A DNA stretch of 64,000 nt from Patescibacteria group bacterium (GCA_004297215.1 SCUM01000001.1:143456-207455), one strand, 5' to 3'. Counted from the stretch's first letter, positions 48,279-58,836 are shown. Numbers and translations are program-made. Notes: generated by a model from the sequence alone, not told the origin.

Positions 48279-49097
48279 TCAGGAACCTCGGACGCGGCCG
48301 ACGATCGCGCAGGCCGCGAACAGTCCGGAGGCCGCGAGCACGATGGGGGCGCCGGAAGGCAGGTCGAATCGGATGGAGGCGAACAGGCCGAGGATCATCG
48401 CGAGTTCCGAGAGGAGGACGGTCATGATGAGCGTCCCGCGGAAGGTGCGCGCCACCTGCCTCGCGGCGGCGGACGGGATGATGAGGAGCGCCGACACGAG
48501 GATGAGGCCGACGAGCTTCACGCCGAACACGATCGCGGCGGCGAGGGACAGGTAGAGGAGCAGCGTGTGCAGCCGGACGTTGACCCCGCTGACCGCGGCG
48601 GATTCCTGCGAAAGGGAGAGGAACGTGAGGGAGCGGCGCGCATGGATGACCCAGGCGCCGATTCCCAACGCGGCAAGCGCGGTGAGGGCGAGGTCGCCGC
48701 CGCCCACGGACAGGATGCTGCCAAACAGCGCTTCCTCAAGCGCCTCGAAGTCCTGCGCGCCGCCCAGCGCGCCGAAGAGCACGATGCCGACGGCCATGCT
48801 CGTCGTGAATAGGATCGCGAGGATCGTATCTGACGGGAGCCTCGTCGAACGTTCGAGGCGGTACATCGCATAGGCGATGCACAGTCCCCAGGCAAGGGCG
48901 ACGGGAAGCGCTGACACGCCGCCGATGACCGCGACCGCTACCCCGGCAAGGGACGCGTGGCCGATCCCTTCGCCAAACAGCGCCATGCGCTTCAACGCGG
49001 CGAACACCCCGAGCGTGCCGATGAGCGGCGCGATGATCATGCCTGCGGCGAACGCGCGGGAGACCGGGTCGGCGAGGACGAAGGAAAGCGGTTCCAT
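48279..49097 (-). CDS. znuB: Metal (Zn/Mn) ABC transporter permease (ABC-3 family)
   Basis: 8-TM ABC-3 pattern, conserved HA(S/A)LAG. Confidence 0.75.
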   Translation of the reverse strand: MEPLSFVLADPVSRAFAAGMIIAPLIGTLGVFAALKRMALFGEGIGHASLAGVAVAVIGGVSALPVALAWGLCIAYAMYRLERSTRLPSDTILAILFTTSMAVGIVLFGALGGAQDFEALEEALFGSILSVGGGDLALTALAALGIGAWVIHARRSLTFLSLSQESAAVSGVNVRLHTLLLYLSLAAAIVFGVKLVGLILVSALLIIPSAAARQVARTFRGTLIMTVLLSELAMILGLFASIRFDLPSGAPIVLAASGLFAACAIVGRVRGS

Positions 49098-49100
49098 AGG

Positions 49101-49868
49101 TCATGAGCCTCCGTGATGCGGATGGCGCTGATGTTCGTAGACGTCGGTATCCTGGCCGAACAGCTCGCCGACGTTCTTGCGCGTGAGGACCTCTTTCGGG
49201 GGACCGGCGCACAGCAGCCGCCGGTTGAGGCACAGGACGTCGTCGACGATGCGGGCGATCACGGAGATATCGTGGCTCACGATGAGCACCGTCGTCTTGT
49301 GCTCCTTGTTCAGGTGCCGGATCACGTCGTAGAACGCCGATTCGCCGGCCGCGTCGACCCCGGTGGACGGCTCATCGAGGATGAGCAGTGGCGGGTTGTT
49401 GAGGATCGCCTGGGCGATGAGCACGCGCTGGAGCTGCCCGCCGGAAAGCGAGCCCAGACGCGCGTCGAGGACGGAGAACGGGAGCCCGACGTCCGCGATC
49501 GCCTGGTCCGCCGAGCAGCTCGTACAGGCGGGCTGGCGGGAGAGCGCCATGAATTCGCGCACGGTGATCGGAAATTCGATGTCGAACGCGAAGCGCTGGG
49601 GGACATATCCGATATCCCCGTGCATGTCATGGGGATGGCGGCCGAAGACGGCGATGGACCCCTTGGTAACGGGCTGCAACCCGAGGATGGCGCGCAGCAT
49701 CGTGGTCTTTCCGGAGCCGTTGGGGCCGATGAGCGCCGTGATGACGCCTTCGCGCACCTCGAAGGAGACGTCTTCCACGGCAGGGGTGCTCCCGAAGGAT
49801 ATACTCACGCGTTCCGCCTTGATGGCCGGCACGTGCCTATGCGAGCGGCTGTGCGAGTGGATGGACAT
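49101..49868 (-). CDS. znuC: Metal ABC transporter ATP-binding protein with a His-rich N-terminus (HSHSRSHRH)
   Basis: Walker A GPNGSGKTT, signature LSGGQLQRV, Walker B LILDEPS. The ORF could extend to 49907. Confidence 0.75.
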   Translation of the reverse strand: MSIHSHSRSHRHVPAIKAERVSISFGSTPAVEDVSFEVREGVITALIGPNGSGKTTMLRAILGLQPVTKGSIAVFGRHPHDMHGDIGYVPQRFAFDIEFPITVREFMALSRQPACTSCSADQAIADVGLPFSVLDARLGSLSGGQLQRVLIAQAILNNPPLLILDEPSTGVDAAGESAFYDVIRHLNKEHKTTVLIVSHDISVIARIVDDVLCLNRRLLCAGPPKEVLTRKNVGELFGQDTDVYEHQRHPHHGGS

Positions 49869-49946
49869 AGTCCGGTCCATTATCGGCAAACATCCGCCTC
49901 TGGTCAATCTTCCGCGTCCCGCTGGCGGATGCTATCATCAACGCCC

Positions 49947-51065
49947 ATGAGGCGCCTTCCCGTCATCTTCCTGCTTTGCCTGTCCTGTATCGCCCTCTCG
50001 CGCGCCGTCTTGGCGCAGCAGGACGGCACGCCGCCGGAAAGCCGCGACACGCAAGCCACGGTCACGCGGATCCTCGACGACAAGGTCGTGGACGGCAACC
50101 GTCAGATGAGATTCGAGGCGCAGGACGCCGGCGGGGCGTCGTACGAGGTTGACACCTCCTCGTCGTACACCGAAGGGCTTCGCTACGACGTCCGACCCGG
50201 CGACCGCGTGTTGCTGGTGCTGCTCCCCAACGAGGGAGGCGGATACGACGCCCAGCTTGCCGACGTGATACGGACGCGCGGCCTCCTGATGATCGTGGCG
50301 CTTTTCGCGCTGCTGACCGTGGCCGTGGGGCTCATGCGCGGATTCACGTCCCTCGTGGGCCTGGCGGTCACCATCGGCATCCTGTTCGGCCTCGTGCTCC
50401 CGCGCATCCTCTCCGGCGGCGACCCGGTCCTTACCACGGCGCTCGGCGGGGCGGGGATCCTCGCCGTCAACATGCATCTCTCGCACGGGTTCAGCCGCCG
50501 CACGTTCGTCGCCTTCCTCTCGACCGTCCTCTCGCTCGGCTTGGCCGTGGTCTTTGCCCGCCTGTTCACGGCCTGGGGACGGCTTTCCGGGATGGGATCC
50601 GAGGAGGCGGCATTCTTATCCTGGCAGATGGGCGCGGGGTGGGACGCGCATGGGATCCTCCTTGCCGGCATGATCCTCGGCGCCGTCGGGGTCCTCGACG
50701 ACATCGCCGTCACCCAGACGGAGGCGGTGGCCGAAATCGCGCAGGCGAATCCGTCGCTTTCGCCGCGCGAGCTGTACGTGCGCGCGATGCGCGTCGGCCG
50801 TCATCACATCGCCTCCACCGTGAACACCCTCGTGCTCGCGTATGCGGGCGCTTCGCTGCCGCTCCTGCTCCTGTTCCTCAATTCTTCCGTGAGCTACTCG
50901 CTGTTCGCCAATACCGAAGTCGTGGCCGAACAGGTGGTCCAGACGCTGGCCGGCACCGCGGCCTTGGTCCTTTCCGTCCCGATTTCGACCTTCCTCGCGA
51001 GCCGTCTTGCGGCCTCAAATGACGGTGTGCATAAGGAACTTGACGGCCACCGCCACGCCGGGTAG
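49947..51065 (+). CDS. YibE/F family membrane protein
   Basis: Signal/TM plus an extracytoplasmic domain plus ~7 TM. ATG at 49947, inside the track ORF that starts at 49113. Confidence 0.5.
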   Translation: MRRLPVIFLLCLSCIALSRAVLAQQDGTPPESRDTQATVTRILDDKVVDGNRQMRFEAQDAGGASYEVDTSSSYTEGLRYDVRPGDRVLLVLLPNEGGGYDAQLADVIRTRGLLMIVALFALLTVAVGLMRGFTSLVGLAVTIGILFGLVLPRILSGGDPVLTTALGGAGILAVNMHLSHGFSRRTFVAFLSTVLSLGLAVVFARLFTAWGRLSGMGSEEAAFLSWQMGAGWDAHGILLAGMILGAVGVLDDIAVTQTEAVAEIAQANPSLSPRELYVRAMRVGRHHIASTVNTLVLAYAGASLPLLLLFLNSSVSYSLFANTEVVAEQVVQTLAGTAALVLSVPISTFLASRLAASNDGVHKELDGHRHAG

Positions 51066-51136
51066 TCTTTTCCCAGACAGAGAAAGACCAATGGCTCGTG
51101 GCCGATTTTCGGCCGCGAGTTGTTTTCACCCCACCT

Positions 51137-51589
51137 ATGCCCACCTACCTCTCCAAGGAAAAACTGAAGGAAATGGAAACCGAGCTCGAAACGCGTCGGA
51201 TGGTCACGCGTAAGGAGATCGCCTCCCGGTTGGAAGCGGCCAAGGAGCTTGGCGACCTGTCCGAGAATTTCGAATACCATGAGGCAAAGGACCAGCAGGC
51301 GCTCAACGAGACGCGCATCGTGGACCTTGAGGGAATGGTCAAGGACGCCGTGCTAGTGGAGCAGAAGTCCGGCGGAGAAATCGAGCTCGGATCCAGGTTC
51401 GTGGCGGAAGTCGCCGGCAAGGGCCGGGAATTCGAGATCGTCGGCAGCAACGAGGCCGATCCCATGGCCGGGAAGATCAGCAACGAATCGCCGCTCGGCC
51501 AGGCATTCATCGGGCGCGGGGCGGGGGAGGAGGTCGAGGTCGCGGTCCCGTCCGGCACCATCTCGTATCGCATCGTCGACGTCCGTTGA
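51137..51589 (+). CDS. GreA/GreB family transcription elongation factor (second paralog)
   Basis: LSKEKLKEMETELE..LGDLSENFEYHEAKDQQ.. plus C-terminal SPLGQAFIGRGAGEEVEV. Confidence 0.85.
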   Translation: MPTYLSKEKLKEMETELETRRMVTRKEIASRLEAAKELGDLSENFEYHEAKDQQALNETRIVDLEGMVKDAVLVEQKSGGEIELGSRFVAEVAGKGREFEIVGSNEADPMAGKISNESPLGQAFIGRGAGEEVEVAVPSGTISYRIVDVR

Positions 51590-51595
51590 TTCGCG

Positions 51596-51624
51596 TTGAC
51601 AACGCAAGGCGTGAACGATAAAAT
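51596..51624 (+). promoter_or_regulatory. Sigma70-like promoter for lysS (TTGACA-17-TAAAAT)
   Basis: -35 TTGACA 51596-51601; 17-nt spacer; -10 TAAAAT 51619-51624. Followed by leader hairpin AATACGGC-GAGATTGA-GCCGTATTTT. Confidence 0.55.
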
Positions 51625-51651
51625 ACGGCGAGATTGAGCCGTATTTTCCGT

Positions 51652-53118
51652 ATGATCGAAGAAGAAGCCGTCCGGCGCGAACGCCTCAAGGTCCTGCGTG
51701 AGGCGGGCGAGGATCCCTATCCGCCCCGCGTCACGCGCACGCATGAGATCGCCTCCTATCTCGCGCGATTCGCGTCGTTCGAGGCGTCTCGTGAACGCGT
51801 CACGCTGGTCGGCCGCATGAAGACCATCCGCAAGCATGGCGGACTCACGTTCGCGCAGCTGGAAGACGGCAGCGGCATCGTGCAGGTGGCGCTGCGCCGC
51901 GACGTGGTCGGGGAAGCGCGCTACGCGTTTTTCCACCAGGTGGCCGACATGGGGGATTTCCTCGAAGCTGCCGGGACGGCATTCGTCACGAGGAAGGGGG
52001 AGAAGTCGCTCGACGTGACCGCCTGGCGCATCATCAGCAAGAGCCTCCTGCCCATGCCGGAAAAATGGCACGGGCTTTCCGACGTCGAGATCCGCTATCG
52101 CAAGCGATACCTCGACCTCATCGCCAATCCGCACGTCCGATCGATCTTCAAGACCCGCGCCACCGTCGTGAAGGCGATGCGCGACTATCTGGACCGACAC
52201 GGGTTCCTCGAAGTGGAGACGCCGGTTCTTCAGGCGGTCCCGGGCGGAGCCGCGGCGCGGCCGTTCGTCACGCACCACCACGCGCTTGACATCGACATGT
52301 ACCTGCGCATCGCGCCGGAGCTCTATCTCAAGCGGCTCGTCACGGGCGGGTACGAACGCGTGTACGAGGTCGCCCGCTGCTTTCGGAACGAGGGGATCGA
52401 CCACGCCCACAATCCCGAGTTCACCCAGATCGAGGCGTACGCGGCGTACATGGATTACGTGGAACTCATGGCGTTCGTGGAAGGGATGGTGTTCGACGTC
52501 GTGAAGGCGTGCGGATTGGATCCGGCTGCCGTCCCGTTCCAAGGGAACGTCCTTGACTTCACTCCGCCCTGGCCGCGCCTCACCTTCCGCGACGCGCTCC
52601 GGCAATTCGCGGACCTCGACATCGAGGCGTTTCCCACGCGCGAGGCGATCGCCAAGGAGGCGCTGCGCCTTGGCGTGCCGGTCGCGACCGCCGACGGCCA
52701 CGCCACCATCATCGACAACGTCTACAAGCACCATGTGCGCACCAAGATCGTCCAGCCGACGTTCCTGATCGATTATCCGGTCGAGATCTCGCCGCTGGCC
52801 AAACGCAAGCCCGAGGATCCGCGATACGTGGAGATGTTCCAGCTTGTCTACGGCCCGGGCGTGGAGAACGTGAAGGCGTTCACTGAGCTCAACGACCCGC
52901 TCGACCAGGAGGAGCGGTTCCGGCAGCAGGACGAGGCGCGCGCGAAGGGTGACGCCGAGGCCCAGCACGGGGACAGCGATTTCGTGGAGGCGCTCAAGCA
53001 CGGCATGCCGCCGACGGCCGGATTCGGCATCGGGATCGACCGCCTCACGGCGACCCTCGCCGACGCGCACGCCCTGAAGGAGGTAATCCTGTTCCCGACC
53101 ATGCGGCCGGAGCATTGA
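51652..53118 (+). CDS. lysS: Lysyl-tRNA synthetase (class II)
   Basis: N-terminal OB domain, class II motifs 1/2/3 (FRNEG, GFGIGIDRL). Confidence 0.9.
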   Translation: MIEEEAVRRERLKVLREAGEDPYPPRVTRTHEIASYLARFASFEASRERVTLVGRMKTIRKHGGLTFAQLEDGSGIVQVALRRDVVGEARYAFFHQVADMGDFLEAAGTAFVTRKGEKSLDVTAWRIISKSLLPMPEKWHGLSDVEIRYRKRYLDLIANPHVRSIFKTRATVVKAMRDYLDRHGFLEVETPVLQAVPGGAAARPFVTHHHALDIDMYLRIAPELYLKRLVTGGYERVYEVARCFRNEGIDHAHNPEFTQIEAYAAYMDYVELMAFVEGMVFDVVKACGLDPAAVPFQGNVLDFTPPWPRLTFRDALRQFADLDIEAFPTREAIAKEALRLGVPVATADGHATIIDNVYKHHVRTKIVQPTFLIDYPVEISPLAKRKPEDPRYVEMFQLVYGPGVENVKAFTELNDPLDQEERFRQQDEARAKGDAEAQHGDSDFVEALKHGMPPTAGFGIGIDRLTATLADAHALKEVILFPTMRPEH

Positions 53119-53124
53119 CCGCCT

Positions 53125-53982
53125 ATGCGCAGCCGGAGGATCAGGTTGTCCGACCGCCTGTCTCGCGACCGTTTCCGGTCGCGACGGTTCGAGAACCCGT
53201 ATTTCCGGCGCACGAAACGGGGAGACCGAAAGGGATGGCTGGTCGGCCTCTGCGTCCTCCTGGCCGTCATGGGCATCCTCGGCGCCGCCGGATACGTGTT
53301 CGCCTCGTCACGGTTCGATATCGGTGACGTTTCCGTCGAAGGATGCAGGACGATCCCGACGGACGCCGTCTCGGCCATCGTGCGGTCGCACATGGATGAG
53401 CGGGTGCTGCTCGTGCTGCACCGGCGTAACCGGTTCCTGTTCGATCCGGCCGTCGTCCGGACCGACATCCAGGCGGCGTTCGACCTGGCATCCCTCGAGA
53501 TCTCGAGGGATGGGGGCCACGTGACGGTCCGGCTCGAGGAAAAGGTGTCCCGGCTCGTCTGGAAAAGCGCGGATGCCCGTTTCCTCGTGGATCGCCAAGG
53601 GACCGTGATCCGCCCGATTGCCGACGGGGAAGACCCATCCGCCGGAGCGGACCGGCCGCTGCCGATGCTCCTGGACGTGAACCGGGGCGCGGCGACCGTC
53701 GGGACGGCCGTGCTGACCCCAGACGAGGTGGACGGGATTTTCGCGTTCCACGAGCAACTCACGCGGTCCGGCATCCTGTTTGGCACCACGCGCGTGGACC
53801 GCCTGGCGGGGAAGTGGGTGAGCGTGGACACCGCGGACGGGTACGGGATCCTGTTCGACCCGCTTTCGGACATCCAGGCGCAGACGGACAACCTCAACGC
53901 GGTCCTGCGCGACCAGGTGAAGGATCCGTCAAAGCTCCAATACATCGACCTGCGATTCGAAGATCACGTCTACTTTAAGTGA
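53125..53982 (+). CDS. ftsQ: FtsQ/DivIB-like cell-division protein (TM plus POTRA)
   Basis: Basic N-terminus, single TM, POTRA-like domain. Confidence 0.5.
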   Translation: MRSRRIRLSDRLSRDRFRSRRFENPYFRRTKRGDRKGWLVGLCVLLAVMGILGAAGYVFASSRFDIGDVSVEGCRTIPTDAVSAIVRSHMDERVLLVLHRRNRFLFDPAVVRTDIQAAFDLASLEISRDGGHVTVRLEEKVSRLVWKSADARFLVDRQGTVIRPIADGEDPSAGADRPLPMLLDVNRGAATVGTAVLTPDEVDGIFAFHEQLTRSGILFGTTRVDRLAGKWVSVDTADGYGILFDPLSDIQAQTDNLNAVLRDQVKDPSKLQYIDLRFEDHVYFK

Positions 53983-53983
53983 T

Positions 53984-55279
53984 ATGGACTACCTTCGATA
54001 CGACGATGGCAACATGTTCTCTTCCGCCAGCGGGGAAGGAGGGGTGCGAACGCACGAGGTGGGCGAACTGCACGATCGGCTTATGGCCGCGCACGCGAGG
54101 CTCGAGGGCCTGCGACGCGACGCGACGCAGGGGTTCATGGACCTGCCGGGCGCCACCGACGGCCTACGGGCGTCGCAAGAGGCGGCGCATCGCGTGACGC
54201 GCGACTTCTCCTGCCTGCTCGTGATCGGCATCGGCGGATCCGACCTCGGCGGGCGCACGCTGGTGCAGGCGCTGGGCGATCGGGAGAAGGGCGTCCCGGT
54301 CAAATTCCTCGCCTCGCCGGATCCTGACGCCGTCGCCCCGATCCTCGACGATCCGGATTTTCTCCGAGACGCCGCCATAAGCGTCGTGTCCAAGTCCGGC
54401 TCCACGCTTGAGACCGCAGCCGTCTTCTTCGCCGTGCGCGACGCGCTCATCCGCGCCGTGGGCGAAAAAAACCACGCTCGGCACGTCTTCGTGACGACGG
54501 ACCCCACGGACGGTCCGCTGCATCGCCTCGCGAAGGAACGAGGATATGGAATCCTCCCGCACCCGCTCAACGTCGGGGGACGGTTCTCCCTGTTCTCCCC
54601 GGTCGGACTGTTTCCGGCCCTGTGCGCCGGAGCGGACGGCAACGGCGTGCTGGAGGGCGCCCGCTGGCTCGAGGATCATCGGCGCGAGAAGGGGCCGGAT
54701 TCGATGCCGGCGCGGTTCGCGGCGCTGCAGTATCTCGCCATGACCGCAAGGTCGCAGCCGATTCACGTGCTCATGCCGTATGCGGCCCGCCTCCAGGCGT
54801 TCGCCTCATGGTACAGGCAGCTGTGGGCGGAATCCCTCGGCAAGCGCAAGGGGAACCGCGGCGTCGGTCCCACCCCGGTCGCTGCCCAGGGACCGGTCGA
54901 CCAGCATTCCCAGGTCCAGCTGTATGCAGAGGGGCCCAGGGACAAGACGGTCACGTTCATCGAGACGGGACGGTTCCGCCGCGACGTGCGCGTGCCGGCG
55001 GATCTCCCGGACCCCTTCGGCTACCTTTCGGGAAAACCCTTCGACGAATTGCTGAGAGCAGAGCGTGGAGGGACGGCCGAGTCACTCGCGCACGCCGGAC
55101 GGCCGAACGGGACCTTGCACATCCCGTCGATAGAGGCAGGTCCGGTCGGAGCCCTCGCCCAGTTCTTCATGACCGCGACGGCCTATATGGGCGAACTGAT
55201 GGGCGTGGACGCGTATGACCAGCCGGGCGTAGAAGCGGGCAAGATGGCCGCACGTCACATCATCGAAGGGATCCTATGA
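53984..55279 (+). CDS. pgi: Glucose-6-phosphate isomerase
   Basis: SIS motifs VIGIGGSDLG, SKSGSTLET. Bacterial/archaeal short PGI. Confidence 0.85.
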   Translation: MDYLRYDDGNMFSSASGEGGVRTHEVGELHDRLMAAHARLEGLRRDATQGFMDLPGATDGLRASQEAAHRVTRDFSCLLVIGIGGSDLGGRTLVQALGDREKGVPVKFLASPDPDAVAPILDDPDFLRDAAISVVSKSGSTLETAAVFFAVRDALIRAVGEKNHARHVFVTTDPTDGPLHRLAKERGYGILPHPLNVGGRFSLFSPVGLFPALCAGADGNGVLEGARWLEDHRREKGPDSMPARFAALQYLAMTARSQPIHVLMPYAARLQAFASWYRQLWAESLGKRKGNRGVGPTPVAAQGPVDQHSQVQLYAEGPRDKTVTFIETGRFRRDVRVPADLPDPFGYLSGKPFDELLRAERGGTAESLAHAGRPNGTLHIPSIEAGPVGALAQFFMTATAYMGELMGVDAYDQPGVEAGKMAARHIIEGIL

Positions 55280-55692
55280 GATTGACCGTCTTTCGCTCCG
55301 CGGCCGTGATGGCAGGCGTATTCCTGATCCACTTGCTCCTTTCCAGGGCATTTGACATGTACGATCGATTTCCGAATTTCGACATCCCCATGCATTTCAT
55401 CGGCGGATTCGTGGCCGGCATGGTTGGAATCGCCCTGCACGTCAGGCTCTCGGGAAGGGGACACGCGCGAAACGCGTCCTATCCCGTGGCGTACCACGCG
55501 CTGTTCGTCCTTGGCATCGTGATGGCGATCGCCGTCGGTTGGGAATTCCACGAGTTCGTCCTTGACTGGTACAACCGTGAAGACGTCAGTTGGCGCCTGA
55601 CGCAGCCGTCAATCGCCGATACGATGCTCGACCTGCTGATGGGCGCCATCGGGGGACTCATGAGCGTCCTCGCGTTCAGGAAACAACTATAG
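55276..55692 (+). CDS. Hypothetical 4-TM membrane protein
   Basis: ORF plus hydropathy. Confidence 0.4.
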   Translation: MRLTVFRSAAVMAGVFLIHLLLSRAFDMYDRFPNFDIPMHFIGGFVAGMVGIALHVRLSGRGHARNASYPVAYHALFVLGIVMAIAVGWEFHEFVLDWYNREDVSWRLTQPSIADTMLDLLMGAIGGLMSVLAFRKQL

Positions 55693-55763
55693 CGGAGAAC
55701 GGCGGGTTCAGAATCCCTAATGCGTCGTATAAGATATATTGTACGACACATCATCCCTTCCGA

Positions 55764-55979
55764 TCAAAGGGCGGCCAGCAGACTCGTCCCGTACGCAAGC
55801 GCCAGCATCCCTGCCCCGATGAGGAAGACGGAACTGAACACGAACACGAGGACTTGGACCAAGGAATCCTCTTTCGCGACCCCGATGAACATGGTCGCGC
55901 TGATGAACAGGAACAGTCCCAACGGCACGGCGACGAAGAGCCAGCCGACGATTTTCACGATCAAACTGATGGATGGCAT
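55764..55979 (-). CDS. Small 2-TM membrane protein
   Basis: ORF plus hydropathy. Confidence 0.35.
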   Translation of the reverse strand: MPSISLIVKIVGWLFVAVPLGLFLFISATMFIGVAKEDSLVQVLVFVFSSVFLIGAGMLALAYGTSLLAAL

Positions 55980-56028
55980 AACGCCACATTCAAATCGTAA
56001 GGAGGCTTCGTTGTCAAGACGCCCTTCC

Positions 56029-57297
56029 CTACGGTTTCGAGATCATGAAAGGCATCGGGTCCACGGGAATTCCCCCCTTACGGACTTCGAAATGCAGGTG
56101 CGGGCCAGTGGACAGCCCGGCTCCTGACGTCCCCGGCATCCCTCCGGACAGGCCGATCGTCTCTCCGCGAGCCACGAATTGGTCCGCCTTCACCTTCACC
56201 TTGGAAAGGTGGGCGTACAGCGTTGCCAGGCCGTTCCTGTGGATGACCATCACGTAGTTGCCGTACATGCTCCCCACGCGCGTCCAGGCCACATAGCCGG
56301 GAGAAGCGGCCCCGACGGGGGTCCCCTGGGGCTGCGGGATGTCCAGGCCGGAGTGCTCGAATAAACGTCGGAACGGATAGGTCGGGTCATGGAACAGCGT
56401 GGAAATGCCCCGATACCCCGCATCGACGGGCCAGGACATCACGGAACTGTCCCCGACGATATCGGTCGCATCGAGCTTTTCCTGGATATCGCCCTGCAAG
56501 GCGGCGATCTGCTGGGCCACGTACGCCTCTTCCTCGCGCAGGCTTGCGACGATGGCGCGGAATTGCGCTTCCGAGGCCTGGCTTTCGGCCAACAAAGATT
56601 CTTTCGCCCCTTTTTCGAGCTCGAGCTGCCTTCGATTGGCAAGCAGCGTCTCTTGGATCGACGCGAGCCGGGCCCTCTTCCCCTCTTGATCCGTCCGGGC
56701 GACCAGGAGCTGGTCCCGTTCGGCGCGGGCGCGCTCCAGGGCGGAAGCGAGCTCCTCATTCACGTCCGCGAGCTGCTGCAGCCGGTCGAACAGGTCGGCG
56801 ACCGACTCGCTCGAAAAGAGCGCCTGCAGCAACACGTCCCCGTCGGACGAATCCATGGAACGGATCAGTTCGGCCATCAGGAGCTTTTGGCGCTCCAGCT
56901 GGGATTCGTGCGCCCTGACCTGCTTGTCGAGGACCTGCACCTGCGCCGCGACCAGGTCCAGCTCGACCATGTTCCCCTCGATATCGAGTTCGGTCTTCGC
57001 CGCCCGATTCTCAAGAAGGCCGATCTGGTCGTCCAGGCTGGCGGCTTCCGACTCCTTCTTGGCGATTTCCGCCTTATACGCGCTGATCCTGTCGTGCAGG
57101 CCGTCGACGGACGCCTGTTTGTCCTTGATTTGCCCGTTCAGTTGGTTGATTTCGGCCGCGACCGTCGGATCGTCTACCGTGGACGTCTCAAACGTCGCCG
57201 ACCGACCGGTTCCGATACGCAAACACGCGGCGAACGCGAGCGCCGCGAAGACGGATAATCCCGTGAGCTTGATGGAATCCCTCCTGTGACCTGTCAT
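56029..57297 (-). CDS. Coiled-coil M23 (LytM) family peptidase (EnvC-like)
   Basis: Long N-terminal coiled coil plus C-terminal M23 motifs (HxxxD ... GPHLHFEV). Confidence 0.8.
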   Translation of the reverse strand: MTGHRRDSIKLTGLSVFAALAFAACLRIGTGRSATFETSTVDDPTVAAEINQLNGQIKDKQASVDGLHDRISAYKAEIAKKESEAASLDDQIGLLENRAAKTELDIEGNMVELDLVAAQVQVLDKQVRAHESQLERQKLLMAELIRSMDSSDGDVLLQALFSSESVADLFDRLQQLADVNEELASALERARAERDQLLVARTDQEGKRARLASIQETLLANRRQLELEKGAKESLLAESQASEAQFRAIVASLREEEAYVAQQIAALQGDIQEKLDATDIVGDSSVMSWPVDAGYRGISTLFHDPTYPFRRLFEHSGLDIPQPQGTPVGAASPGYVAWTRVGSMYGNYVMVIHRNGLATLYAHLSKVKVKADQFVARGETIGLSGGMPGTSGAGLSTGPHLHFEVRKGGIPVDPMPFMISKP

Positions 57298-58769
57298 GCG
57301 GAAAGTAGGTCAATGGCTTTTTTCAGACGCTGGAGCGTTTCCGCCTTCCCAAGCACCCAGGCGTACTCAAACGGGCTTGGCGACGCGCTGCGGCCGCTCA
57401 GGGCCACGCGCATGGGCCAGAGCATGTTGCCGTTCGACAATCCTTTATCCGCAATATACCGCTTTACGGCCGTTTCTATCAACGCGACGGAAGAGAACTC
57501 GGATTCGGGAAGCGATTCGATGAGCGTTCGCGCCGCGGTCAGGTTTATCAAAGCGTCGGCCTGATCCGCCTTCTTCCAGACGAGCATTCCCGGGTCATAC
57601 GCCGGAAGCTTCGCAAAAGATTCGACGGCGTCGACAATCCCGGCGAGCGTCACGAGTCGATTACGCTCGACCGCGCAGATCTTGAGGAGGGTGTTCGCAT
57701 CAGTCCCCTTCCCTGCGGCGATCAGGAAAGGCAGGCAAAGCGCCATGAGTTCCTCCGGCGACTTGCGACGGATGTATTGGCCATTCATCCAGTCCAGCTT
57801 TTCGGGATTGAAGACGCCTCCTGACGAATTGACCTTCTCCAGTTCAAACCCCGCCTTGAGTTCCTCGATTGAATACAATTCTTGTTCGCCGCTCGGGTTG
57901 AACCCGATGAGCGCCACAAAATTCAGGAGCGCTTGCGGCAAATAACCCTTCGCAAGATAGTCCTCGACCGCGACGTCGCCCTGTCGCTTTGAAAGTTTTG
58001 ATCGGTCAGCGTTCAGGATGAGCGGGAGATGCGCGAACGTCGGCACTGTCCAGCCGAACGCCTTGTAAAGCATCACATGCTTGGGCACGCTTGAAATCCA
58101 TTCCTCGCCACGGATCACATGCGTGACGCCCATCATGTGGTCATCCACGACGTTGGCGAGATGATACGTGGGAAATCCGTCGCTCTTCACGAGCACTTGG
58201 TCGTCCACTTCCCTGTTATCGATCTCGATACGGCCGCGGATGGCATCGTCGATGACTGTCGTCCCTTCGGGGATTTTCAGACGGATCACGAACGGTTCGC
58301 TTGCAGACATCTTTTGCTCAACCTCTTCCTTCGACAGGGAGAGGCAATGCCGATCGTACTTCGTGGTGAGTTTTGCGAGCTCCTGCTGCTTGCGTAGCGA
58401 ATCCAGACGGTCCTTCGAGCAAAAGCAGCGGTAGGCGACCCCCTTTTCGACCAGGATCCGGGCATGGTCATCGTGAATCGCCTTGCGCTCGCTCTGGATA
58501 TACGGCCCGTTTTGTCCCTTCTCGACCACCTTCCCGGACGCATCGAGTACCGGACCTTCGTCATAATCCAATCCTACGGCGGCCATCGTCTTGATAAGGG
58601 CCTCGACCGCGCCAGGAACAAGGCGTTCGCGGTCCGTGTCTTCGATGCGCAGGACGAACTTCCCGCCATGTTTGCGGGCAAACAGCCAGTTATAGAGCGC
58701 CGTGCGCAAGCCGCCGACATGCAGGTAGCCGGTGGGCGACGGCGGAAAGCGGGTGACGATGATCGGCAT
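57294..58769 (-). CDS. gltX: Glutamyl-tRNA synthetase
   Basis: PSPTGYLHVGG (HIGH), KLSKR (KMSKS). Start 4 nt inside the M23 gene end. Confidence 0.9.
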   Translation of the reverse strand: MPIIVTRFPPSPTGYLHVGGLRTALYNWLFARKHGGKFVLRIEDTDRERLVPGAVEALIKTMAAVGLDYDEGPVLDASGKVVEKGQNGPYIQSERKAIHDDHARILVEKGVAYRCFCSKDRLDSLRKQQELAKLTTKYDRHCLSLSKEEVEQKMSASEPFVIRLKIPEGTTVIDDAIRGRIEIDNREVDDQVLVKSDGFPTYHLANVVDDHMMGVTHVIRGEEWISSVPKHVMLYKAFGWTVPTFAHLPLILNADRSKLSKRQGDVAVEDYLAKGYLPQALLNFVALIGFNPSGEQELYSIEELKAGFELEKVNSSGGVFNPEKLDWMNGQYIRRKSPEELMALCLPFLIAAGKGTDANTLLKICAVERNRLVTLAGIVDAVESFAKLPAYDPGMLVWKKADQADALINLTAARTLIESLPESEFSSVALIETAVKRYIADKGLSNGNMLWPMRVALSGRSASPSPFEYAWVLGKAETLQRLKKAIDLLSA

Positions 58770-58770
58770 A

Positions 58771-58836
58771 GGCGGACAAGGCGTTCAGGCATTGACAGGC
58801 CTCGAGGCCTAGGGGCCTGAGGGCCTTTCACGCCAG
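58771..58836. repeat. Dispersed repeat family copy e (GGCGGACAAGGC...GGCCTCGAGGCC...CCTGAGGGCCTTTCACGCC)
   Basis: Between gltX and the WecB-like gene. Confidence 0.55.

Noticed and set aside
51145-53115. 656-aa minus-strand ORF antisense to lysS
   Set aside because: Overlaps a confident class II LysRS; low-complexity Arg-rich product. High-GC antisense artefact.
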